A DNA stretch of 38,596 bases from Octopus sinensis (taxonomy: Eukaryota). The notes below the pieces were generated by a model. That model worked only from the letters and a program-made list of their open reading frames with translations, made no database searches and had not been told where the DNA came from. Of this stretch, positions 1-10,140 are shown piece by piece; within the stretch, counting starts at the first letter, position 1, and the number at the start of each line of letters is the position of its first letter. The position numbers were made by a program, and so were the translations under genes. The DNA lies in contig NW_021832811.1 in assembly GCF_006345805.1 (NCBI RefSeq), positions 1 to 38,596 of the forward strand, read 5' to 3'.

Positions 1-204
1 GAAAATCTTTATTGCCTCATCTCACTTGTTCTTCATTCTCAGAACCTTAAAGTAGTTTGGAACAACTGAATCTTAGTCAGTCAGTTGATGAGCTCCACTA
101 CCTCAAATGTTCTTAAAATTTAAATCCACATTTGTCTATGTATCTACCTTCTCTATAATGTTGCCACTTGATATGAAATTTTTTGTATTAATGGAAAAGC
201 TCTA

Positions 205-297
205 TAATTGGCTGATGAGTACTCAGCATTTTAAAACTGTTGTAATACTTACAACATTTAATAAAATGATGTAGTACGAAACGATCGTACCAAATTA
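205..297 (+). ncRNA. Type I hammerhead ribozyme motif with extended stem II
   Basis: Stem I taattgg(205-211)/ccaaatta(290-297). Core CTGATGA 212-218. Stem II gtact(219-223)/agtac(273-277), extended by catttt/aaaatg and tgttgtaa/ttacaaca. GAAAC 278-282; palindromic stem III AC-GATC-GT; predicted cleavage triplet GUA (287-289). Confidence 0.8.
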
Positions 298-366
298 CCG
301 GAGTCATTCTTGTTGCTTATGTTTTTCTCTTTCTTTGCAGACTACTTCATACCATCGTGACTGAAT

Positions 367-634
367 ATGAATTTCGGTCCGATCCATATCAAACACTGCA
401 TGCTGTATAACTTCAAAAGGCCGTTCTTCACTATTGGAAGAAGCAAGAAATATTCGTTCTGTCTGTGGGAATGAAAACTATTAAAACAAACTATAGTTTG
501 GCCAGTTTCGCTTCGGATCATTGCAATTCTTTGATTCGAAATAATCTGAAGAATCCTATGCCCGAGAGATCAAGAATTTGTTAAATAGATGGAATTATGT
601 TATCAATATAGAAGAGAAATATCATTTTGATTAA
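367..634 (+). pseudogene. Internally deleted mariner transposase relic (N- and C-termini joined)
   Basis: Manual translation with frameshifts: MNFGPIHIKHCMLYNFKR..SSLLEEARNIRSVCGNE resembles the mariner N-terminal [37 protein letters not shown] resembles the mariner C-terminus FY..GI..L..RW..V....G.Y. Confidence 0.7.
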
Positions 635-689
635 ATATAATCAATTACGTAAAACTAAAGAAGTATAAGGTTCTAGGAATTGTAAGGTT

Positions 690-691
<2 letters not shown>

Positions 692-744
<53 letters not shown>

Positions 745-1070
745 CATACGTATTATATAGATACATATATATATATACTATACGTACATACATATTACAT
801 ATATATAAACATACACACACACATGCATATATATATATATATATACATATATATATACGTAATGTTTACTATATATACATATAGGGTTAATATTTATATA
901 TATATTAGTATATATATATATATTAGTATATAGGTGTGGTGTGTGTGTGCGTGTGCATGTACATATTTACTATTTTACACACACACACAACACACACACA
1001 ATACACATACACATACACATACACACAAGTCTGCAATATTTTACATACAAATACACACACACACAAACAG
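692..1070. repeat. (TA)n/(CA)n/(TG)n microsatellite mosaic
   Basis: Direct inspection. Confidence 0.95.
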
Positions 1071-1349
1071 AAACACATATTGTTGATGGCAATGTTCGCA
1101 CCGGCGGTGGGGGACGGGTGTGTGTTGGGCACAAGCCCTAGAGGAAATGAAGATATTGGCAAGTGATGGGGACCTACAGAAATAACGGTGATGGTGATGT
1201 TCATGATGATGTTGATGATGATGATGACGATAGCTATCGCGATCGACATGGGGAAGGCAAGGGGAAACGGGTGGGTAACAATTATAAAAATCTGGCTGCG
1301 GTTTCGGAGGAGGAAAAAAAACGAATAATGAAGCAAAGGACAAAACGTC

Positions 1350-1409
<60 letters not shown>

Positions 1410-1425
1410 CATTATCATTTCATTA

Positions 1426-1484
<59 letters not shown>

Positions 1485-1485
1485 T
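1350..1485. repeat. (ATT)n microsatellite
   Basis: Direct inspection. Confidence 0.95.
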
Positions 1486-1661
1486 TTTTTAAATAATAAA
1501 TTAAAAAAGACTATCTCTGTCTTTTGTGTATGTATTAGCAATTATTAATTAATTAACACGCAAGTATTATGTGAAATGGAGCGATTAACGAGTAGATAAT
1601 GCGGCTGCATCACGTGTGATGACTGGGTACAAGAGGCTTTGGTCGTATACAAGGGTAACTG

Positions 1662-2280
1662 GTGGGCGAGGGCGATAGTAAGATGGTGTTCGTGGTGGAG
1701 GTGTGGGATATAGTAGGATGATGTTCGTAGTGATGGTCTGGGCGATAGTAGAGCGGCGGCAGCGGTGGTTGTGGTAGTGTAGGTGATAGTAGGATGGTGT
1801 TGGTGGTGCAGGTGTGGGCGATAGTAGGATGGTGCTGGTGGTGTGGATGGTAGTAGGCTGGTGTTGGTGGTAGTAGTGGTTGTAGTGAGTGTGGTGGTGT
1901 GGGCGATAGCGAGGTGATGTTAGTGATGGTTGCGGTTTGTAGTGGTGGTTATGTTGGCGATAGCAAGGTAGTTGTGGTGATGGTGGCGACGGTGGTAGTG
2001 GGGGAATCCTGTGGTAGGGATGTTGGTGGTGGTGATGTTGGCTGTGGTACTGGTAATCTTGATGGTTGTACTGATGACGGGGTGGTTCATGGTGGAGGTT
2101 GTGGCAGTGGTGTATGTGTTATTGGTGTTGTTGTTGGTGGTGGTTGTGGTGGTCGTCTTATCGGTGGTGGTGGTGGTGGTGGTGGTGGGTGATGGTGATG
2201 GTGATGGTTGTAGTGAATTTTTTCTAGGCAGCTGTGTTGGTAGTGGTGGTGGTATTGGTCGTGGCGATTGGTGATTGGGG
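1662..2280. repeat. GGT-rich low-complexity tract containing a degenerate ~35-bp minisatellite (gtgggcgatagtaggatggtgttggtggtg)
   Basis: Motif g(g/t)gcgatag(t/c)a recurs about seven times between 1670 and 1970 within a (GGT)n background. Confidence 0.7.
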
Positions 2281-2826
2281 TCGTAATAGGGTGGGGGTGA
2301 AAAAGGAGGAAGAAGACATAGAAAAGGAAGACGAAGAGGAAAACGAAGAGGAAGGCAATGAGGAGGAGGACGAAGAAAAGGAGAAGGAGGAGGAAGAGGA
2401 AAAAGGCGGGTGGAAGGATGAGATGCAAGACGGATGTGTCAAAGAAAAAGTGACTAGAAGTTAATGAACGGTTCGAGTGTGTGTGTGTGTGTGTGTGTCT
2501 GTGTGTGTGTGTGTGTATGTGTGTGTGTGTGTGTGTATGTGAATATGTATGTGAGCGTATATATTTCTGAGAAATTGCTTCCGCCACCTGACTCTCGCTC
2601 TTTTATCGACCTCGCCTCCCCTTTAACGACAATTGACAGAAACAACAATAGCAACAACAACAACTTCAATAACGGCACAATTTATCGCCAATGTTCACCA
2701 TTACACATTGACGTTAATAGTGACGTAACAACCACGAGAACCACAAACACCACCACCACCACCGCGAGTACCACCACCACCACCACTACCACCATCAACA
2801 AGAGTTCACTTTGATGAGAAAGTGAT

Positions 2827-3036
2827 CTCTTTTTACTCTTTTACTGGTTTCAGTCATTTGACTGTGTCCATGCTGGAGCACCGCCTTCAGTCGAGCCAAT
2901 CGACCCCAGGACGTATTCTTTGTAAGCCCAGTACTTATTCTATCGGTCTTTTTTGCCGAACCACTAAGTCTCGGGGTCGTAAACACACCAACATCGGTTG
3001 TCAAGCGATTTTGTGGGGACAAACACAGACACAAAC

Positions 3037-3078
<42 letters not shown>

Positions 3079-3235
3079 CATATACATATATACGACGGGC
3101 TTCTTTCAGTTTCCGTATCACAAGGCTTTGGTCGGCCCGAGGCTATAGAAGAAGACAGTTGCCCAGATGCCACGCAGTGGAACGGAGCCCAGAACCACGT
3201 GGTTGGTAAGCAACCACACAGCCACTCCTGCGCCT
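2827..3235 (-). mobile_element. tRNA-derived SINE family B (internal microsatellite)
   Basis: Reverse complement of the copy at 5594-5980: head gcaggagtggctgtgtgg, body gggccgaccaaagccttg, internal TA/TG tract, tail ggcggtgctccagcatgg..gtaaaagag. Confidence 0.85.
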
Positions 3236-3520
3236 ATCAACTTTTAGAGAGTAGTAGTAATAGCTGTTGCTGTTTCAAATCCATCGGACGACAATCCAAC
3301 CATGACTGTCCTGATTGTATGTATATATATACATAAAATATACCTACAATGTATCTTTGCTTCATTTTGAGTCATCAGGCTGTCTTCAGTTCATGTAGAT
3401 TTAGTTGCTATTACTAGCAAATCGAAACACCAGAGCAGAAGGCAGATGGTTGTTGTTCTTATTGTTGATGATGATGGTGATGAAGATGATGATGAAAAGA
3501 GGTTCCCATGATGGCCAGGG

Positions 3521-4230
3521 ATGGAGATAATGGTGGTGGTGGTGGTGGTGGTGAGGATAACGGCATGTTGGGGTTGCAGCAGTGGGTGTAGTGGCGTTGG
3601 TGGCGGCGCTAGATTTAGTGGTGGTGTTGTTGGTAGTGGTTGTAGTGGTAGTAATAATGGTGGCGGTGGTGGTGGTGGTGGTGGTGGTGGTAGTGGTATG
3701 GGTGTTAGTGCAAGTTGTAAACTTGGTAGTGTAGTTGGTGGGGTTGTTGACGGTGTTAGTTCTAGTGGTGATGGTAATGAAGGTATAGGTAGTAGTGCAA
3801 GATATAGTGGTGGTGTTATTGGTAGTGCAAGTTATAGGGGTGTTGGTGGTGGTGGTGGTGAATGTGTAGGTGTAGGTGGTAGTATAAGTTATAGTGGTAG
3901 TAGAGGTGGTGGGTTTGTTATGTTGTCGACAGTAGTGGTGGGTGGCAAGTGGTGGAGATGGTGTAGGTGTAGGTGGCAGTACAAGTTGTAGTGGTAGTGT
4001 TGCTGGTTGTCGTGGTGGTGATGGTGATGGCGGTGGTGGTGATGGCGGTGTTGTTGTTGCTTTTGGTGGTATTGTTGTTGGTGGTGATGTTGGTGTTGAT
4101 GTTGCTGGTGGTGTTGGTGGTGGTGGTGTTGGTGGTGGTAGTGGTGGTGTTGGTTGTGGTGGTGGTGGTGGTGGTGGTGGTGGTGGTGGTGGTGTGGTGG
4201 TGGTGGTGCTAGTGGTGGTAGTGGAGGTAT
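3521..4230. repeat. (GGT)n-derived low-complexity tract
   Basis: GGT/GTT triplets with a recurring tagtgcaagttatag-like submotif. Confidence 0.85.
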
Positions 4231-4386
4231 AAATAGTAGTGGACTAAAGGGTGTTGGCGGCGTTCTGTAGTGGTGGTCACCACAATGATTCATTATTCTT
4301 GTGGTTATTGTCAACACAAGACCATTGTTGTTCTGTTATTTTCGGTCAACTGCAGAAGCATCCTACCACATCCGGTTCATTATAGG

Positions 4387-5055
4387 GAGACACACAGACA
4401 GACACACACACACAAACTCTCTCTCTTCCTCTCTGTGTATGTCTCTCTCTCTCTCTCTCTCTCTCTGTCTCCCTCTCTCTCTCTCTCTCTCACACTCTGT
4501 TACATACACATACACAAAGATGTAAATGTTTTTCCAAATATTAGTTACATATAATATATGGTGTCTATATACATAATATATAATATATATATGTATATTA
4601 TATATATATATATATTATATATATATATATATATAATATATTTATACATATGTATATATTTATATATGTGTATATGTGTGGGTATATGAAAACACACATA
4701 TACATATATATACATATGTTATATTTGGGTGTGTGTATATCTTGTATATACGTATATAAATTTATATATCATACATGCAAGCACTAAAATAGAAATAATA
4801 CATAATATATATGTGTATATATATGTATATACATATATATATATTTATATATATGTGTGTATACAAACACACAATCACACACACACATACATACATATCC
4901 ACAATCATATGTGATATGCATACCTGTATGTATCAATGTCTCTCTCTCTCTCTCTCTGTCTATATATATATATATTATATGTATGTATATATATTTGTGT
5001 GTATATGTATGTATATACACACACATACACAGACGCATATATAGATATATAAATA
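4387..5055. repeat. (CT)n/(TA)n/(CA)n microsatellite mosaic
   Basis: Direct inspection. Confidence 0.9.
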
Positions 5056-5368
5056 GCACCTGGTCCTGACTAAGACTTAGAAATATGTTCGCTTTTCTGA
5101 GAGATCAATTGAGCATTTTAATTTCTATAGAATCATATTTTAAGAGGAAAAAAGATGTCTATTCGTTCTGGGCAGGAAATCATGATAAATCCCTTTGTGT
5201 CCTATATCACTCATAGAGACCTGAGGGTCCGTTTGGCGTGGGTAGAAATATACATACATACATACATACATACATACAAACATACGTATATACATGCATT
5301 TATACATACGTACACATATATTATACGTACACATATATACGTACACATTATATGTACACATATATAAA

Positions 5369-5592
5369 TATTTCTTTACTACCCACAAGGGGCTAAACAT
5401 AGAGGGGACAAACAAGGACAGACAAAAGGATTAAGTCGATTACATCGACCCCAGTGCGAAACTGGTACTTAATTTATCGACACGGAAGGATGAAAGGCCA
5501 AGTCGACCTCGACGGAATTTGAACTGAGAACATAGCGGCGGACGAAATACGGCTACGCATTTTGCCCGGCGTGCTAACCTTTCTGCCAGCTC
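5369..5592 (-). mobile_element. tRNA-derived SINE family A
   Basis: Reverse complement gives gagctggcagaaaggttagcacgccgggc..cagttcaaattccgtcgaggtcgact..cctttcatcc..gtcgataaattaagtaccag, with B-box GTTCAAATTC; about 20 related copies in the window. Confidence 0.88.
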
Positions 5593-5593
5593 A

Positions 5594-5980
5594 AGTGCAG
5601 GTATGGCTGTGTGGTAAGAAGCTTGGTTACCAACCGCATGGTTCCGGGTTCAGTCCCTCTGTGTGGCACCTATAGCTTCGGGGTGACCAAAGCCTTGTGA
5701 GTGGATTTGGGAGACGGAAACTGAAAGAAGCTCGTCGTATATACATGTGTCTATGTGTGTAGCAATGTGTCTGTTTGTCCCGACACCATCGCTTGACAAC
5801 AAATGTCATTTCATTTATGTCCCCCGTAACTTAGCAGTTAAGCAAAAGAGACCGATAGAATAACTACTAGGCCTACAAAAAATAAGTCCTGGGGCCGATT
5901 GCTTTATTTAAAAGCCTTTAAGGCAGTGCTCCAGCATGGCCGCAGTCAAATGACAGAAAACAAACAAGAGAATAAAAGAA
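5594..5980 (+). mobile_element. tRNA-derived SINE family B
   Basis: Head gcaggtatggctgtgtggtaagaagcttg..ggttcagtccc; shared body and tail with copies at 2827, 15789 and 22651. Confidence 0.88.
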
Positions 5981-6019
5981 CATACGTACATACACACACG
6001 TATGTATACATTTATATTT

Positions 6020-6155
6020 ATGGTTTGGGGTTCAGTCCCACTGTGGGTCACCTTGGGCAAGTGTCTTTTACAAAACCCTCGGGCTGACCAAAGTCTTGTG
6101 AGTGGATTTGGTAGCCAGAAACTGATAACAATCCGCTCTTCATATAATTTGTGTG

Positions 6156-6211
<56 letters not shown>

Positions 6212-6380
6212 TCTTTCTGTCTGTTCATCCTTGTAAATTAAGCTTAAAAAATTTTTTAAATTATCGATTAGTTCGACTAAAATTTCTCAAGGCGGTGCTG
6301 CAACCTGGCCAAGTCTAATGACTGAGACAAGTAAGAGATAAAAAAAAATACATGCATGGCGGTGCTCCAGCATGTCCGCA
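6020..6380 (+). mobile_element. SINE family B fragments
   Basis: ggttcagtcccactgtgggtcaccttgggcaagtgtctt..gtgagtggatttggtag, plus two tail pieces ggcggtgct(g/c)ca. Confidence 0.7.
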
Positions 6381-6382
6381 GC

Positions 6383-6550
6383 TTCTGGTGCTTTGCAAAT
6401 TTTTGGGAAAATGAAACAAGTTGAGTTCTCAGTCTGCACGAGTGCAATCGGATCCTTTTCTACGTGTTTCCTTGAGTGGACGGCAAGGCCTGCTTTGCTC
6501 CGTTCCACAAAACCACAATGACAGGTAAGGTTTCCATTCAGAGGAGCAGC
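6383..6550 (-). pseudogene. C2H2-like zinc-finger coding fragment, probably the C-terminus of an RTE-type LINE ORF
   Basis: Extending ORF 6287..6508 upstream gives AAPLNGNLTCHCGFVERSKAGLAVHSRKHVEKDPIALVQTENSTCFIFPKICK: C-x-C..SKAGL..H.R.H plus a decayed second finger. No TGEKP linker. Confidence 0.55.
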
Positions 6551-6790
6551 GTATGTATGTTGTATGTATGTATGTATGTATGTATGTATGTATGTATGTA
6601 TGTATGTATGTATGATGTATATATATATATATATAATATATAGATAATATATATATGATATATATATATATATATTAATATATATAGATAGATAGATAGA
6701 TATATAGATAGATAGATAGATAGATAGATTAGATAGATGATAGATAGAATAGATAGATTAGATATAGATTATGTATGTATGTATATATAT

Positions 6791-6835
<45 letters not shown>
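6551..6835. repeat. (ATGT)n/(GATA)n/(TA)n microsatellites
   Basis: Direct inspection. Confidence 0.95.
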
Positions 6836-6837
<2 letters not shown>

Positions 6838-7032
6838 GGAGAATTCACAAAAGAAAAAACAAAAGACAAAGACAGGTGCTGTAGACAACAAACAGATGTA
6901 TTAGTATAACGCTCGGGAAGTGAAAAAGTCTTAACGTTTCGAGCCTACGCTCTTCCACAGAAAGGAAACAGAAAGAAAGAAACGAGGATAGAAAATAAAG
7001 AATGTGTAGTGGCTAGCGATCTATCATGGCGA
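6836..7032 (-). mobile_element. Interspersed repeat with hammerhead-like motif (putative PLE terminal-repeat fragment)
   Basis: Homologous to 13042-13225 in opposite orientation. Minus strand reads ttt-CTGTGGAA-gagc-gtag-gctc-GAAAC-GTT-aag; the 3' end abuts (TA)n. Confidence 0.6.
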
Positions 7033-7036
7033 ATAA

Positions 7037-7437
7037 TCTTTATATATAAAAGTAAGGTTGTGTGTCTGTCTCCTACGATTTAGATTCCTAAATACTCCTA
7101 CATTTTGCGTTGCAGTTACAACCAAAAACCGGGTATCTTATAGTCGTGATTCATATCGAGCCCTCTGGGTATTAGCGCGCGTCTACGATGAGTCTACGAT
7201 TTAAAAAAAAAATCATCTACCATTCATTTTTTTCCATTTTAATGCATTTTTTCGCTATTTATAAGGGAAGTAACTCTCTAAAAGTCTACGATGAATCAAC
7301 GATTTAAAAAAAACATTTACCATCATTTTTTTCCATTTTTAATGTATTCTTTTGCTATTTTTTGGCTATAACTCTCTAAAAATGCTTATATAGTTATTTC
7401 CCTTACAAACCCGAGCAACACCGGGCGATACTGCTAG
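7037..7437 (+). mobile_element. Non-autonomous Helitron
   Basis: A|TCTTTATATATAAAAG start; subterminal hairpin cccgagcaacaccggg (7410-7425); CTAG|T end; inserted between A and T without TSD; internal ~100-bp direct duplication. Confidence 0.88.
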
Positions 7438-7533
7438 TATATATATATATGATTACGCAATTATAATTATAATAGGAACCATAATAAATAGCGCCATATG
7501 CTAGAAAGTGACGCTGAATGGCTCTAAGAACTA

Positions 7534-7890
7534 TCGGGCTGAGTGAAAAGTAAGCAAGATTTTGAATCGTGAAATTCATCACAATATATTTCAACAATAC
7601 AGAAATTTTACTCATTAAATTTTATTCCGGTAACATAAAAATCTGGAGTTCTGGAGCTGATGAACTCTTTGAACGCACTTCCAGCATCGGTTTGTTTTTC
7701 GAAACTACTTCTCTCCCAAGAAGCCGTCAAGGTGCTTGAAAAAGAGGATAATCGGTAGGAGAGAGGTCTGCGGAATAAGCTGGGTGGAGTAAAACTTCGT
7801 AGCCAGGTTCCCTCAACTTCTGGAGGGTCATTAGTGAAACGTGTGGTCAAGTATTGTCATGAAGAATGGATGGCTCTCTTCTGCTGACCG
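7534..7890 (-). mobile_element. Mariner (cecropia/Hsmar1-like) 3' fragment with right TIR
   Basis: Minus-strand translation across frameshifts: ILHDNT*PHVSLMTLQKLREPGYEVLLHPAYSADLSPTDYPLF/KHLDGFLGEK/FEKQTDAGSAFKEFISSRTPDFYVTGIK (HDNARPH and YSPDLxPxD motifs). TIR-like end tcgggctgagtgaaaagtaagc is preceded by TA (7532-7533). Confidence 0.85.
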
Positions 7891-7891
7891 G

Positions 7892-7998
7892 AGGTGTTTT
7901 CTGCTCAATAACACTCACAACGCCCGGTCTGGGAATCGAAACCGCGTTCCTATGACCGCGAATCCGCTGCCCTAACCACTGGGCCATTGCGCCTCCAC
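7892..7998 (-). mobile_element. tRNA-derived SINE head (family C-like)
   Basis: Reverse complement gtggaggcgcaatggcccagtggttagggcagcgg..ggtttcgattcccagaccggg has A-box and B-box; similar to the heads at 30463 and 31532. Confidence 0.8.
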
Positions 7999-8371
7999 TA
8001 TTTTTACAATCCAGCTACACACACACACATACACACTCACACACACACACATACACACACACACACACATACACACACACATGCACACACACACACACAT
8101 ACACACACACACACACACAGAGTCACCTCCTTCCCATTATTAACCGACTGTACCTCAGTGTTTCCTTTTCCTCTGTATGATATGGTTATGATTCTCTACC
8201 TAACCCCGTTCCACCCGTGCCCTTCAGCCACTGTTTCTCTCCTCCTCCTCCTCCTCCTCCTCTTCCCACGCCTCATAAGCTGCTCTCTCTCTCTCTCCTT
8301 CTCTCTCTCTCTCTATCTCTTTCTCTCTCTCTCTGTATTTTTCTCTGTCTATCTGTCTCTGTCTGTCCCCC

Positions 8372-8414
<43 letters not shown>

Positions 8415-8822
8415 TCTTTCTACCGTACAACCGCCGTCCGCCCGTTCCGCCTGCCACCCGCTGCCCGCCGCCCGTCCGCTCGTCGCTTGTCCCGCCACCG
8501 GTCGGGACGGTCGCGTAAGGTTAAGGTGTGAACGACGCGAAGAATAAAAAGCCACGTTTAAATGGTTGCTATTGTTGTTGATGTTGTTGTTGTACTTTTT
8601 GGCGGCGGCGGCGGCGCTCCGTTGATTTTGTTTAAAATGTAATTAACTTCTCTTTTTAATTATCCTCGATCATTAACCACAGAGGAAGCAAGACACATGC
8701 ACACACGCACGCACGCACGCACACACACTCATACGCTCAGGCACACACACACACACAGAGAAAGAGCGGTGGGGAGGGAGAATTTGAAGACATCGTTTTA
8801 ATTAATTTTGTATATTTGTCTC

Positions 8823-9330
8823 GCATCACCATCGTCGTCACCATCATCATCATCATGATCACCATCACTGTTATCGTCATCATTATCATCATCATCATCG
8901 TCATCAGCTTCATCGTCGTCGTCGTCGTTGTCATTATCACCATCATCGATATCATCTTCATTGTCATCATCATCATCATCATCACCATCATCATCGTCAT
9001 CATCGTCATCATCGTCGTCGTTGTCATCATTGTCGTCATCATCAGCATCATAGTCGTCATCGTCATCATCACTATCATCATCATCGTCATCCTCATCATT
9101 ATCATCATCACCACCACCACCACCATCGCCATCTCCATTATCATCATCGTCATCAGCATCCCCTCCATCACAACCATCACCACTACTGCTACTACTCCCC
9201 CCACCATCACCATCACCAGCATCATCAGGAACATCATCAACAGGATGACGCCGACGACGACCACGACCACGACGACCACCACCACCAACACCAACACCAA
9301 CACCATAATCATCATCATCATCATCATCAC
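8823..9330. repeat. (ATC)n/(ACC)n/(GTC)n trinucleotide tract
   Basis: Direct inspection. Confidence 0.9.
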
Positions 9331-9756
9331 AATTCTGTCGGCTTGTTGACTAGTCGACTGGTTGGCTGGTTGGCCGGTTGGCTGGTTGGTCGGTGGCCCC
9401 TAACTTCACAGTTATTAAATTGTCATTTATTTGATGGCGAATCCATTCAAGTGTCGCCTGACAATAAAACGGGGAGAATTTAAAGAGGACAATAAAATGG
9501 ATATAAATATAAATAAAAATAAAAATATAAATAAAAATAAAAATAAAACGAGTAAAATTGAGTAAATAAATAAAACAGATAAAAATATAGAAAAAATAAA
9601 TAAAATGAAATGAATAAAATTAAATGAATAAATAAATAAATAAAGGTTAGGGGTTTGTGCGCGGCGAGCGAAATCGTTGTAAAATGAAAACGAAAACTTT
9701 AGCGGTTTATTAGGAGAACAAGAATGGTGTGCCTTTCTGTATGTGTGCGTTTAAGC

Positions 9757-9843
<87 letters not shown>

Positions 9844-9899
9844 ACATACATATACACACATATTTATTACATATATATACATATATATATATACATGTA

Positions 9900-9954
<55 letters not shown>

Positions 9955-10081
9955 ATTATATATATATATATTATATATGTATTTTATATATATACGTACA
10001 TATCTATATGGTCTGTGTGTGTGCATATATATTACTATATTGTTATTTATAATGTCCGTTTTATTCGACTTGACTGTATAC

Positions 10082-10119
<38 letters not shown>

Positions 10120-10137
10120 ATATATATATATATATAT
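9757..10137. repeat. (TG)n/(TA)n/(TATC)n microsatellites
   Basis: Direct inspection. Confidence 0.9.
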
Positions 10138-10140
10138 TTT

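Noticed and set aside
3521-3991. 156-aa Gly/Ser-rich ORF resembling a structural protein
   Set aside because: Derived from a (GGT)n tract; overlapping frames are equally open; no convincing gene structure
7656-7716. CTGATGA..GAAAC suggesting a hammerhead
   Set aside because: No stem II pairing, and it is the antisense of mariner transposase coding sequence
7892-7998. tRNA gene call (also 30463-30540 and 31455-31532)
   Set aside because: No complete cloverleaf; each continues into SINE body sequence, so these are SINE heads
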